Assembly: GCA_963814585.1 (NCBI GenBank)
Contig: CAWFDF010000005.1
Location: 1-55,808, forward strand
DNA: 55,808 bases
Direction of reading: 5' to 3'
DNA from: an uncultured delta proteobacterium
GTDB taxonomy: Bacteria > Myxococcota > Myxococcia > Myxococcales > Anaeromyxobacteraceae
Shown piece by piece: positions 9,307 to 22,935 of this stretch (position 1 is its first letter; each line of letters opens with the position of its first letter). The position numbers and the translations under genes are program-made. Under the pieces are notes generated by a model. It saw only the letters and a program-made list of their open reading frames with translations. It was not told where the DNA came from and ran no database searches.

Positions 9307-9521
9307 GGCGGACTCCCCGGGGTGGTGCGAGCCCGAGGATGCTAACGGCCCCTTCCGGCTCGGTCAAACTGGTGACGACCGCCTGGCGCACGCCCCGAAT
9401 CGCCACGTGCCGCGGCCCGCTTGACATGTGCGGAACGAGCTACAAGTTGTTGCCTTGGGGGGCCGCCACCGGTATCCCTAGCCCGAGCAGTCCCAGGTGG
9501 GAAAGGCCGAAGGAGATCCAG

Positions 9522-12002
<2,481 letters not shown>

Positions 12003-12113
12003 CCTGAGGCCTGCGCTCGCGCGAGGCCAGCCCGCCACCGGGTGGCCCCACCCGGGCGCTCGTGTCATAGTCCGGCCTCGACGATCTGCCATGCCTGTCG
12101 TCATCCCGGCACC

Positions 12114-12129
12114 TGGCATGGGTCGTGCC
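12114..12129 (+). promoter_or_regulatory. Putative sigma54 -24/-12 promoter of the kinase operon
   Basis: TGGCATGGGTCGTGCC with GG-N10-GC spacing, about 20 nt before the GTG start. Confidence 0.55.
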
Positions 12130-12148
12130 ACCAAGTGGGGAACCGGCC

Positions 12149-13930
12149 GTGATCAGGACGTTGGGGCGTTACCAGCTGCTCGAGCAGGTCGGGAGCGGAG
12201 GCATGGCGGTCGTCTACCGGGGCCGCGACACCGCCCTCGAGCGCGAGGTGGCGGTCAAGCTCCTCCACCCTCACCTCGCGCAGGCCCCCGAGAGCCGCGC
12301 CCGCTTCTCGCGCGAGGCGCGCGCCGTCGCCCGCCTGGCCCACCCCGGCATCGTCGAGATCTACGACTACTCGGGAGACGGCGTCCTCGAGGCCTACCTG
12401 GTGACCGAGTTCATCCGGGGCAAGACCCTGCGGGTCTTCGCCGAGGGGATCGGCTTCACCCATCCGGAGGTCGGCCTGCTCATCGGCCGGGCGCTGGCCG
12501 ATGCGCTGGCCCACGCCCACGCCGCCGGCGTCATCCACCGCGATCTCAAGCCGGAGAACGTGATGGTGCAGGAGGGCGCTCGACCCGCGGTGAAGCTCAC
12601 CGACTTCGGAATCGCCCGCATCCTCGCTTCCGACGAGCGGATGACCATGACCGGCGCGCTGGTCGGATCGCCCAACCACATGGCCCCGGAGATCGTCGAG
12701 GGGAAGGAGGCCGACGAGCGCAGCGACCTGTTCTCGCTCGGCACCATCCTCTACTGGCTGGCCACCGGCCGCCTGCCCTTCGCCGCCGCGAACCCGACCG
12801 CCACGCTCCGCCGCGCCATCACCGGCGAGTTCGAGGACCCTCGCACCCTCGCCGAGCAGGTTTCCGGCCGGCTGGCCGCCCTGCTCACCCGGTGCCTCGC
12901 CCCCGACCCGGCCTCCCGGCCGGCCAGCGCCACCGAGGTCCGTGCCGCCCTCGACGAGATCCTCGCCGAGGTCGGGCTGGTGCGGCCCGACGAGGAGGTG
13001 CTCCGCCTTCTCGCCGACCCGGCCGCCTTCCTGGCCGAGTACCCGTCGCGCGCCGTGGCCGCCCTCGTCCAGCACGGCGAGGCGGCGCTTCGGGATGGTC
13101 ATGCCGCCCTGGCGCTGGGCTTCTTCGACCGGGTCCTGGCGCTCGATCCTGCCAACACGCTGGTGGCCGAGCGACTGCGGACGCTCTCCCGGCGGCGCCG
13201 CTGGCGCCGTGCCGCCTGGAGCGTGGGCGGCCTGGTGGCCGCCGTGGCGCTGGTGGCCTCGGGCTGGACCTGGTGGCCTCAGCGCCCACCTTCCCCCCCG
13301 GCCTCGGGTGGCGCCGATGCCGCCGCCACCGGCACCGAGACCGGCGGGGCGCTGGCGCCGGAGCGGCCAGCCCCTCCAGCCGCCGCGGACGCGCCGCCAC
13401 GGGTGCCGTCCCACGGGGTGCTGGAAGGCGGCGCGGCCCGGCCAGGATCGCAGGAGCCGGCGGTGGAGTGGCTGGTCCGGGTCCGCCCGTACGCCCAGCG
13501 CGCGCTCCTCGACGGGGTCGAGGTGCCAAGCGGTGACCAGGTGGTCCGGTTCGTCCTGTCGCCCGGGCGATCCCACACCATCCAGATCGAGCACGCCTGC
13601 TGCGTTCCCTTCCAGCGGGAGATCACCGCCAGGGAGGCCGCGGCGCAGGGAGAGCTGCGCGTGCCGCTCCAGCCGAGGCCAGCGCGGCTTCGCGTCGAGG
13701 GCGAGCCGACCACGCGGATCCTGCTCGACGGCCAGCTCGTCGGCACTGCCGGTGACTCCCAGCGCGCGCCGCTCCCGGTCGGCATCCCCTCCGGAGGGGA
13801 GACGCCCTACGAGGCCAGCGGCCGCCTCGTCCTCGAGCCGCCGACCGGTCCGGCGCGGACCGTCGTGGTGAAGCTCCGCGCCGGCGGGGAGCTGGTGGTC
13901 GCCGCGCCCACCGCCGAGGGGGCGCCGTGA
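12149..13930 (+). CDS. Membrane Hanks-type Ser/Thr protein kinase with extracytoplasmic PEGA-like domains
   Basis: GSGGMAVVY, VAVK, HRDLKPEN, DFG and APE motifs; TM helix; Pro-rich linker. Confidence 0.93.
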   Translation: MIRTLGRYQLLEQVGSGGMAVVYRGRDTALEREVAVKLLHPHLAQAPESRARFSREARAVARLAHPGIVEIYDYSGDGVLEAYLVTEFIRGKTLRVFAEGIGFTHPEVGLLIGRALADALAHAHAAGVIHRDLKPENVMVQEGARPAVKLTDFGIARILASDERMTMTGALVGSPNHMAPEIVEGKEADERSDLFSLGTILYWLATGRLPFAAANPTATLRRAITGEFEDPRTLAEQVSGRLAALLTRCLAPDPASRPASATEVRAALDEILAEVGLVRPDEEVLRLLADPAAFLAEYPSRAVAALVQHGEAALRDGHAALALGFFDRVLALDPANTLVAERLRTLSRRRRWRRAAWSVGGLVAAVALVASGWTWWPQRPPSPPASGGADAAATGTETGGALAPERPAPPAAADAPPRVPSHGVLEGGAARPGSQEPAVEWLVRVRPYAQRALLDGVEVPSGDQVVRFVLSPGRSHTIQIEHACCVPFQREITAREAAAQGELRVPLQPRPARLRVEGEPTTRILLDGQLVGTAGDSQRAPLPVGIPSGGETPYEASGRLVLEPPTGPARTVVVKLRAGGELVVAAPTAEGAP

Positions 13931-14784
13931 ACGCCTTCGTCCCCCTGCTGCTGGCCCTCGCCCTCGCCGCCCCGGCCGAGCTGAAGCGGGCCAAGGATCG
14001 CTTCGCCTTCGGCGCCTGGGCCGACTGCGCCGGGACCTTGATTCCCTTCCTGGCCCGCCACCCGGTCCTCACCGACGAGGAGGCGGTCGAGGCCTGGCGC
14101 CTTCTCGGCATCTCCGAGTACCACCTCGGCGATCAGGCGGCGGCCCGCACCGCCTTCGTCAACCTGCTCTCCTTCGATCCCGACTACGGCCTCGACCCGT
14201 TCCTGGTGCCGCCCCCCATCGTCGACTTCTTCGACAAGGTGAAGCGCGAGCACGAGCCGGATCTGGCGCCGCTCCGGGAGCGGAAGCGGGCCCTGCGGGA
14301 GCAGCAGCAGCTGGCCGAGGAGGCCAAGCGGCGGCTGCTCGCCGAGGAGCAGGCGCGCAGCGGACCGCCGACCAAGGTCATCAGGGTCCAGGAGCGGGTC
14401 TACCTGCTCAACTGGATCCCCTTCGGAGCCGGCCAGTTCCAGAACGGGGAGAAGAGCAAGGGGACGGCCCTCGCCATCAGCGAGCTGACGCTGGCGCTGA
14501 TCAACGTCGCCGCGCTCGTGGCCCACGGCCAGATCGCCGACGACCGCTCGCGGATGTGCACGTCCAGCCAGCCCAACTGCACCTCTCCCCCGTACACCGA
14601 CTCCGACCGGACGCTGCTGGGGCGGCTCGACACGGTGAAGTACGTCTCGGCCGGCCTGTTCTGGGGACTCTACGGCTACGGGGTCTGGGACGCCCACCGC
14701 CACTTCGTTCCCATCGTCGAGACCGAGGTGGGGCCGGGCGGCCTGCCGACCGGCGTGAAGGTCGGCCTGCAGGGGAGGTTCTAG
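13927..14784 (+). CDS. Exported TPR-like protein with C-terminal membrane region
   Basis: Signal peptide; helical repeat [32 protein letters not shown] motif; GTGA overlap with the kinase. Confidence 0.75.
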   Translation: MNAFVPLLLALALAAPAELKRAKDRFAFGAWADCAGTLIPFLARHPVLTDEEAVEAWRLLGISEYHLGDQAAARTAFVNLLSFDPDYGLDPFLVPPPIVDFFDKVKREHEPDLAPLRERKRALREQQQLAEEAKRRLLAEEQARSGPPTKVIRVQERVYLLNWIPFGAGQFQNGEKSKGTALAISELTLALINVAALVAHGQIADDRSRMCTSSQPNCTSPPYTDSDRTLLGRLDTVKYVSAGLFWGLYGYGVWDAHRHFVPIVETEVGPGGLPTGVKVGLQGRF

Positions 14785-14785
14785 G

Positions 14786-16609
14786 GTGGCCACCTTGACC
14801 GTGCGGGGACCGAACGGGAGCGAGCGGCGGGTCACCCTGTCGCGCCGGATCACCAGCCTCGGACAGGCGCCCGAGAACGACATCGCCGTCTCCGACCCCG
14901 CCCTGCCGGCCACCGCGCTCCATCTCCACTTCGACGGACGCGATCACGACGTGGCGGTCCACGAGGGCGTGGCCATGACCGTCAATGGCCGCAAGCGAAC
15001 CACCTGGCGGCTCGCCCCCGGGGACCGGATCCGCATCGGCGCCACCGAGCTGCTCTTCGACCCCGGCCCCGCCACCCCGGCCCCGCCTCTTCCGGCTCCC
15101 ACCGGGCAGCGGCTGGTCGCCCTCGACACGCTGGTCCGCTTCTCCGAGCGCCTGCTCGGCGCCACCGACTTCAACCGGCTCCTCGACGAGCTCCTCGACG
15201 CCCTCGTCGAGGTCACCCAGGCCGACAAGGGCTTCCTCATCCTGATCGAGGAGGGCGCCATGACGGTCCGGGCCGCCCGCAACGTGGCCCGGGAGACCAT
15301 CGAGAGCGCGGTCAACCGCGTCTCCGACTCGATCGTCCGCCGGGTGGTCGAGACCGGGAAGCCGCTGGTGGTGGCCGACGCCCTCCATGACGCCGAGTGG
15401 TCGGGCTCCTCCTCGGTGGTGAACCTGAGGCTCTGCTCGGTGATGTGCGCCCCCCTGAAGCAGAAAGGGGAGGTCTTCGGCGTCATCTACCTGGGCAACG
15501 ACAGCGTGGTGTCCCTGTTCGACGAGCGGGCGCTCGAGCCCCTCACCGTGTTCGCCGCCCAGGCGTCGCTGCTGGTGCAGAACGCCCTGCTGCTCGACTC
15601 GCTCCGGCGCGAGAACGTGGCGCTGCGCGAGGCCGTCACCACCAAGCGCTATGGCGAGCTGGTCGGCTCCGGCGCCTCGATGCGCGAGGTCTTCCGGCGC
15701 ATCGAGAAGGTGGCCTCGACCGACATCTCGGTCCTCATCACCGGCGAGACCGGGACCGGGAAGGAGGTGGTGGCCCGGGAGCTCCACCGCCGATCGACGC
15801 GAGCCAGCGGGCCCTTCGTGGCCGTCAACTGCGGCGCCATCCCGGAGACGCTGCTGGAGTCGGAGCTCTTCGGCCATGCCAAGGGGGCCTTCACCGGCGC
15901 CGTGGCGGCGCGCATCGGGCGCTTCCAGGCGGCCGCGGGTGGCACCCTCTTCCTCGACGAGATCGCCGAGATGGCCCCTTCGCTCCAGGTCAAGCTGCTC
16001 CGGGCGCTGCAGGAGCGGATCGTGCTGCGGGTCGGCGAGAGCCGCCCCGAGCCGGTCGACATCCGGGTGGTGGCGGCCACCAACAAGGTCCTGGAGGAGG
16101 AGATCCGGCGCGGCGCCTTCCGGGAGGATCTCTACTACCGGCTCAACGTGGTGGCGATCCACCTGCCGCCGCTGCGCGAGCGTGGCGACGACGTGGTGAC
16201 GCTGGCGCGCTACTTCCTGCAGCAGTACGCCCGCGAGTTCGGCACGCGGGTGCGTGGCTTCACGCCCGGGGCGCTGGCGGCGATGCGTCGCCACGCCTGG
16301 CCCGGCAACGTCCGGGAGCTGGAGAACCGGGTGAAGACGGCGGTCGTGCTGGCCGACAAGGCGCTGGTCTCGGCGGAGGTCCTCGGCCTCGACGCGGAGG
16401 TGGTGGAGCCGGTCGCCCCGCTCACGCAGGCCACGCGGGAGTTCCAGAAGCGCTACGTGAACGAGGTGCTGGAGCGGAACCAGGGGAACAGGACCAAGAC
16501 CGCCAAGGACCTCGGCGTCGACCCACGCACCATCTTCCGCCACCTGGAGCGGATGGAGGCGGAGCGGCGCGGCGAGGTCTCCCCGCCGGACGCCGAGGAG
16601 ACGCCATGA
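14786..16609 (+). CDS. FHA-GAF sigma54 enhancer-binding protein with Fis-type HTH
   Basis: N-terminal FHA-like fold, [30 protein letters not shown]-terminal HTH. Confidence 0.93.
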   Translation: MATLTVRGPNGSERRVTLSRRITSLGQAPENDIAVSDPALPATALHLHFDGRDHDVAVHEGVAMTVNGRKRTTWRLAPGDRIRIGATELLFDPGPATPAPPLPAPTGQRLVALDTLVRFSERLLGATDFNRLLDELLDALVEVTQADKGFLILIEEGAMTVRAARNVARETIESAVNRVSDSIVRRVVETGKPLVVADALHDAEWSGSSSVVNLRLCSVMCAPLKQKGEVFGVIYLGNDSVVSLFDERALEPLTVFAAQASLLVQNALLLDSLRRENVALREAVTTKRYGELVGSGASMREVFRRIEKVASTDISVLITGETGTGKEVVARELHRRSTRASGPFVAVNCGAIPETLLESELFGHAKGAFTGAVAARIGRFQAAAGGTLFLDEIAEMAPSLQVKLLRALQERIVLRVGESRPEPVDIRVVAATNKVLEEEIRRGAFREDLYYRLNVVAIHLPPLRERGDDVVTLARYFLQQYAREFGTRVRGFTPGALAAMRRHAWPGNVRELENRVKTAVVLADKALVSAEVLGLDAEVVEPVAPLTQATREFQKRYVNEVLERNQGNRTKTAKDLGVDPRTIFRHLERMEAERRGEVSPPDAEETP

Positions 16610-17226
16610 GCCACCCCCTTCCAGGGCGCGGGGCCCTGGCGCTCCTGCTCGGCGCCGCCCTGGCCGGCTGCCCGATCCCCCAGGCCCTGCCCGAGTACCC
16701 GACCAGCGGCACCATCACCCCGCCGAGGATCCAGTCGGACCGGGTGACGCCCAGTGACACGCTCATCCTGGTCGACGCCGGCTGCGCGACCCCGCCCACG
16801 CCCGTCTTCACGCTCAGCGCCGGGCTGATCGACGAGAACACCTACGAGAAGGTCGAGGCCCGCTGGTTCGTCGACTACGACCCGGAGCGGGCCGCCAACG
16901 TCACCCCGGTGCTGCCGCCCCAGATCATCGATGGCCCCGCCGACGGCGTCACCATCGAGCGCCGCCTCGACGACTACCTCTTCCAGCCCTACGGGTTCGA
17001 CCCAGCCGGCGGCGAGCAGGCCTTCCGGGACGCTGGCGGGATCCACATCGTCGAGCTGGTGGTGTCCAACAACTTCGCGCCCGAGGCGGCGCCACCGGCC
17101 TCCAACCCGCGCCCCTGGCGCACGCCGCTCAAGACGGCAACCCAGACCTTCGAGACCCAGGTCTACCGCTGGGTCTTCCACTACGTGCCGACGGGCACGA
17201 CCGGCGCCCGCTGCCAGTACCCCTGA
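16606..17226 (+). CDS. Hypothetical lipoprotein
   Basis: ATGA overlap with the bEBP stop; lipobox LAGC. Confidence 0.75.
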   Translation: MSHPLPGRGALALLLGAALAGCPIPQALPEYPTSGTITPPRIQSDRVTPSDTLILVDAGCATPPTPVFTLSAGLIDENTYEKVEARWFVDYDPERAANVTPVLPPQIIDGPADGVTIERRLDDYLFQPYGFDPAGGEQAFRDAGGIHIVELVVSNNFAPEAAPPASNPRPWRTPLKTATQTFETQVYRWVFHYVPTGTTGARCQYP

Positions 17227-17254
17227 GGGTCCGCCGGCGGCCCCGGCCACGGCG

Positions 17255-17791
17255 CTAGGGCTGCCCGCTGGCTCGCCGCCGGGCCAGCTCGATCGCCCGG
17301 GCGGCGGCGTTCGCCAGCTCGGCCTGCTCGACCGCGAAGCGGTTCACCTGCGCCCGGTAGGCCCTGTGGAGCGCCAGCACCGCATCCCGAGCCTGGGCCA
17401 GCTCCCGACGGCCGGCGAAGTCGCCGGGGGCGCCCTCGGAGCCGTCCAGCCGGCACCGCTCACCCAGGTCCTCGAGCCGCTGCTCCCATTCGACCGACCA
17501 GGCATTGAAGCGCGCCACCGCGTCGGTGGCGCCAATCTCGGCGCCGAGCCTCCAGGCCCGCTGGTTCAGGTCGCGGTGGAGCGCGTCGATCTCCTCGGCG
17601 CAGACGCGCGACACGGCGCGGGTCGGAAGTGCTCCCTTCGCAGGAGGACGGCTCCCCGAGATGTTCCTGCTGATGCTGGCCACCATGGCGCCTACGGCCA
17701 GCGCAATGGCCAGGAGGTAGGCGATCCACATGAAGGCGCGATATGGGCGGAGGCTCGGATCCCGCTGGAGCACCTGGCGAATCTGCCTCAA
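17255..17791 (-). CDS. Hypothetical single-TM helical protein
   Basis: TM segment followed by a helical domain with two Cys; start uncertain (TTG 17791 or ATG 17731). Confidence 0.65.
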   Translation of the reverse strand: MRQIRQVLQRDPSLRPYRAFMWIAYLLAIALAVGAMVASISRNISGSRPPAKGALPTRAVSRVCAEEIDALHRDLNQRAWRLGAEIGATDAVARFNAWSVEWEQRLEDLGERCRLDGSEGAPGDFAGRRELAQARDAVLALHRAYRAQVNRFAVEQAELANAAARAIELARRRASGQP

Positions 17792-17928
17792 GGCCGAGCG
17801 GGCGTCTACCCACTCGGCCCATTTCGATTCCGCAATGGGCGTTCATGACTGAAATGCACCTTCGCAGCGAGCCTGTCCGGGAGCCGTGCAAGCCCCCGTG
17901 ATCACGGGACACGTCGGCCAGGCGTGGA

Positions 17929-17944
17929 TGGCAAGCCACTTGCT
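17929..17944 (+). promoter_or_regulatory. Sigma54 promoter with no downstream + strand CDS
   Basis: TGGCAAGCCACTTGCT, near-consensus TGGCAC-N5-TTGCW; upstream palindrome CCCGTGATCACGGG (17895-17908) and CATTTC..GAAATG inverted pair (17820-17856). Confidence 0.75.
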
Positions 17945-17954
17945 ACCCATCACG

Positions 17955-18027
17955 TGCTGAAGGCTCTCTGGATCCGGTGGCGCTCCCCCCCCCTTGCGCT
18001 GCTGGAACCGAGGGCCTTCTTTCTCTT
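17955..18027 (+). ncRNA. Candidate Pxr-like small RNA (single long hairpin, C9 loop, U-tract)
   Basis: ~24-bp stem 17959-17983/17996-18019 with several G-U pairs; loop UCCCCCCCCCUU; followed by UUUCUCUU; begins ~12 nt after the sigma54 -12 element. Confidence 0.65.
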
Positions 18028-18044
18028 CCTGGTGCTCGAGCCGC

Positions 18045-19871
<1,827 letters not shown>

Positions 19872-20054
19872 GTCGTCTTCTAGCACGCGACCCCCACGCC
19901 GCCGCGGGCGCCCCCCACCTCACGTCCAAACGTATGGACTTCCAGCGCCCTGTCAGGGCCCTCGCTACCCCCGCCAATCACTCCTGCCACCTCGCCCGCG
20001 CGGGTGGGCCGGAGCGCTCGACCCAAAGACCGGGGAAAGGCCGGAGGCGTGGTC

Positions 20055-20927
20055 CTAGGGCGTGGCCTCGCCGGGGCTGCCGGTGCGATGAAGGACGGGC
20101 GTGAGGTGGGCGAGCCGGATCCGCTCGGGCGGGGTCCGCAGTCCGTGGACGACGCCGATCGCCTTCAGGGCCCGCAACCCCAGCCAGGAGAGGTCCAGCT
20201 CCCACCAGAACCATCCCTGGTTGGCCGTGGTCGGGTAGAAGTGGTGGTTGTTGTGCCAGCCTTCACCCATCGTGATGAGGGCGAGCGCGAAGCTGTTGCG
20301 GGACTCGTCACCCGTCTGGTAGCGCCGCCGGCCCATCACGTGGGCCAGCGAGTTGATGACGAAGGTGCCGTGCCAGAGCGCGGTGGTCGAGACGAAGAAG
20401 CCCCAGAGCAGGGCGGGCCAGCCGCCGGCCAGGTAGAGGCCGAAGGCGAGCGCTGCGGGCGGCACGGCGTGGTGGCGGTCCAGGAAGCGCAGCTCGGGGA
20501 ACTGGGCGAGGTCCCTGATGCGATCCAGCTTCGTGGCGTTGTGGCGCGTCGAGAGGAACCAGCCGACGTGGCTCCACCAGAAGCCTCGCTGCACGGGGGA
20601 ATGGATATCTTCGGGACCGTCGGAGTCGCGGTGGTGGTCCCGATGGTGGGCGGCCCACCAGAGGGCGCCCTTCTGCGCCGAGGCCCCCCCGACGAAGGCG
20701 AGGAGGAGCTGGAAGGCCCGGCTGGTCCGGTACGCCCGGTGGGCGAAGTAGCGGTGGTAGCCGGCGGTGATGCCGAACATGCGAACCACGTAGGCGGCGA
20801 CGGCGAGGCCGACCAGGCCGACGCTCGGCGGCGCGAGCCAGGGGGTCGCGAAGGCCACGAGGTGAATGGCGAGGAAGGGACTGGAGGCCAGCCAGTCGAT
20901 GCGGTCGGGATCGCGCCGGGAGGTCAT
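20055..20927 (-). CDS. Acyl-CoA (delta-9 type) fatty acid desaturase
   Basis: His boxes HRYFAH, HRDHH and GEGWHNNHH. Confidence 0.92.
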   Translation of the reverse strand: MTSRRDPDRIDWLASSPFLAIHLVAFATPWLAPPSVGLVGLAVAAYVVRMFGITAGYHRYFAHRAYRTSRAFQLLLAFVGGASAQKGALWWAAHHRDHHRDSDGPEDIHSPVQRGFWWSHVGWFLSTRHNATKLDRIRDLAQFPELRFLDRHHAVPPAALAFGLYLAGGWPALLWGFFVSTTALWHGTFVINSLAHVMGRRRYQTGDESRNSFALALITMGEGWHNNHHFYPTTANQGWFWWELDLSWLGLRALKAIGVVHGLRTPPERIRLAHLTPVLHRTGSPGEATP

Positions 20928-21197
20928 GCCCCCCTTTCTGCTCGCCGCGGGTCACGGGCGTGTCATGAGCCGCCGGACCGCTGGCGCCCGGCCGGGCAGG
21001 CCCGTCGTCGCCGGCCCGCCTGCCGGGCGGCCCGGGCCTGGGCCCGGGGCCGAGGCGGGAGGCGCCAGCCCGACGGGCCGGTCCGGCGCTTGCCGGCGCG
21101 CTTGAATGCGGTGCGGCATCGGGATAGGTACCGGGCTTCGCCCCGCGAGGGCTCTGGGTTATCTTGCGGCGCTCAGCACACACAGAAAGGGCATTCG

Positions 21198-21468
21198 ATG
21201 GCCAGCGCAACGGTGGGTGGGGTTCGGTGCCGGGTCACGGCGGACAAGGATTCTTGGGGACAGCTGGGCGGTCGCCGTCGTCCCGCCTGCCGGCTCCTCC
21301 CTCGCCCCGCGCATCGTCAAGCTCCAGGGGAACGACCGCTACGCCGTCATCAAGGGCGCCCTGACGACGCTCAAGAGCCGCGGCGAGATCGACGGCTTCG
21401 AGCTCGACCCGGCCCCGCCGGCCCCCGCGGTGCCGGAGCCCGCGGCGCCGAAGCCCGCGACCCCGTAG
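21198..21468 (+). CDS. Small hypothetical protein with a frameshift at ~21258
   Basis: ATG after AGAAAGGG; MASATVGGVRCRVTADKDSW continues in the +1 frame as DSWAVAVV...GEIDGFELD; TTGAAT-N17-TAGGTA promoter at 21102-21130. Confidence 0.5.
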
Positions 21469-21517
21469 TGCCGCGCCCCGGGGCTCCGGTCGCTCGACCC
21501 GCGCCCTGGTCTCCCAC

Positions 21518-22279
21518 CTACTCCGGGACCGGAGCGTCGAGCCCCGCGACCCGGACCACCGAGCCGGCCGGCAGCGCTGCCAGCAGCGCCTCCAGGGCGA
21601 GGGCCACGGCGGCCCGGTCGCGGGACTCCACCGTGACCTTGACCGCGTGATCGGCCTCGTCGAAGCGGGGGTAGCTTCCCACCTCCACGCCGGGGTGGGC
21701 GGCGGCCACCGCCGCCAGGGTCGGGGCCACCTGGTCCTCGAGCGCCGAGAGGAAGACGCAGGCCAGGTGGAACGGGGCCCCGACCAGGGCCGGGGCCAGG
21801 CGGTCGAACTGATAGCGCAGGAACCTGGGGACGCCGGGGAGCATGATCACGCCGTCGCAGACCAGCGTGGGGAACGCCGCGTCGCCCAGCAGCTCGGTCC
21901 CGGCTGGGACGTCGGCCATTCGCAGGCCGGCCTGGGGCATCTCGACGTTCCGGATCCGCCGGTGGATGGTCCGGTAGATCTCCACGAGCCGATCGTCACG
22001 CACCACGGTCCGGCCCAGGGCCGCGGCCACCGCCGCCACCGTCACGTCGTCGTGCGTCGGCCCGACGCCCCCCGAGGTGATGATCCACCCCACGCGCGGC
22101 CGATCCCGCAGCACCGCTTCGACAATCTCGTCCACCCGGTCACGGACGGTCTGGATCGAGCGCAGCTCGATCCCCAGGTCGTGCAGCCTCCCCGCCAGCC
22201 AGGGGCCGTTCTCGTCGACCACCTTGGCCGAGAGCACCTCGTTGCCGACGACCACCAGCGAGGCCGAGGGGGCTCGCAT
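21518..22279 (-). CDS. CinA-like molybdopterin-binding domain protein
   Basis: VVGNEVLS..DEN, SGGVGPTHDDVT, LPGVP and GSYP motifs; ATG overlaps the tmk stop. Confidence 0.88.
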   Translation of the reverse strand: MRAPSASLVVVGNEVLSAKVVDENGPWLAGRLHDLGIELRSIQTVRDRVDEIVEAVLRDRPRVGWIITSGGVGPTHDDVTVAAVAAALGRTVVRDDRLVEIYRTIHRRIRNVEMPQAGLRMADVPAGTELLGDAAFPTLVCDGVIMLPGVPRFLRYQFDRLAPALVGAPFHLACVFLSALEDQVAPTLAAVAAAHPGVEVGSYPRFDEADHAVKVTVESRDRAAVALALEALLAALPAGSVVRVAGLDAPVPE

Positions 22280-22935
22280 CAGGTCCTCCGTGCCGGCGAT
22301 CGCCCGGGCAGCGACTCCACCAGGCGCGCCACCTCTTCCGCCACGTCCACGGCTGGCCGCTCGCCGTCCAGCATCACGATGCGCTGGCCCCTGGCCTGCA
22401 GGGCCACCACGGCACGCTCGTAGCTCCGGGCCACCCGCCGCTGGAAGGCGTCCACCTCGTACAGCTCCGGCAGCGTCCCGGTACCGCGCCGCCGCCTCAG
22501 CGCCACCGCCGGTCGCACCCGCAGGAAGAGGGTCAGGTCCGGCGCCCTGGCCCTGCCGTTGATCAGCTCGACCCACGCCGCGTCCCGGGTGGTGAGCGAC
22601 TGGTACGCCAGCGAGGAGAGGGCGTACCGGTCGGAGATGACATCCTCCCCGTCGGCGAGCCGCGGCACCACCTCGGCGGAGAGGTGGTCGAGCCGGTCGG
22701 CGGCGAAGAGGAGCGCCAGCGAGTGGGGATCGAAGCCGTCCCCTTCCCCCCCGTTGACCCGCCTCCGCAGCACCTGCCTCAGCAGTGCGCCCACCGGCCC
22801 CCCCGACGGCTCCGCGGTGACATGCGCCCGCCGGCCCACGGCGCGGAGCCGCTCCCCGAGCATCCGGGCCTGGGTGGTGGTCCCCGCCCCGTCCAGCCCC
22901 TCCAGGACGATGAAGCGCCCCGTGACGCGGCTCAC
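22279..22935 (-). CDS. tmk: Thymidylate kinase
   Basis: FIVLEGLDGAGTTTQ, TAEP, LLFAADR and SDRY..SSLAYQ motifs. Confidence 0.9.
   Translation of the reverse strand: MSRVTGRFIVLEGLDGAGTTTQARMLGERLRAVGRRAHVTAEPSGGPVGALLRQVLRRRVNGGEGDGFDPHSLALLFAADRLDHLSAEVVPRLADGEDVISDRYALSSLAYQSLTTRDAAWVELINGRARAPDLTLFLRVRPAVALRRRRGTGTLPELYEVDAFQRRVARSYERAVVALQARGQRIVMLDGERPAVDVAEEVARLVESLPGRSPARRT

Noticed and set aside
17959..18019. Hairpin as simply the mutL terminator
   Set aside because: The U-tract and G-U pairs are on the + strand, opposite to mutL, and a sigma54 promoter points into it. A secondary terminator role is not excluded
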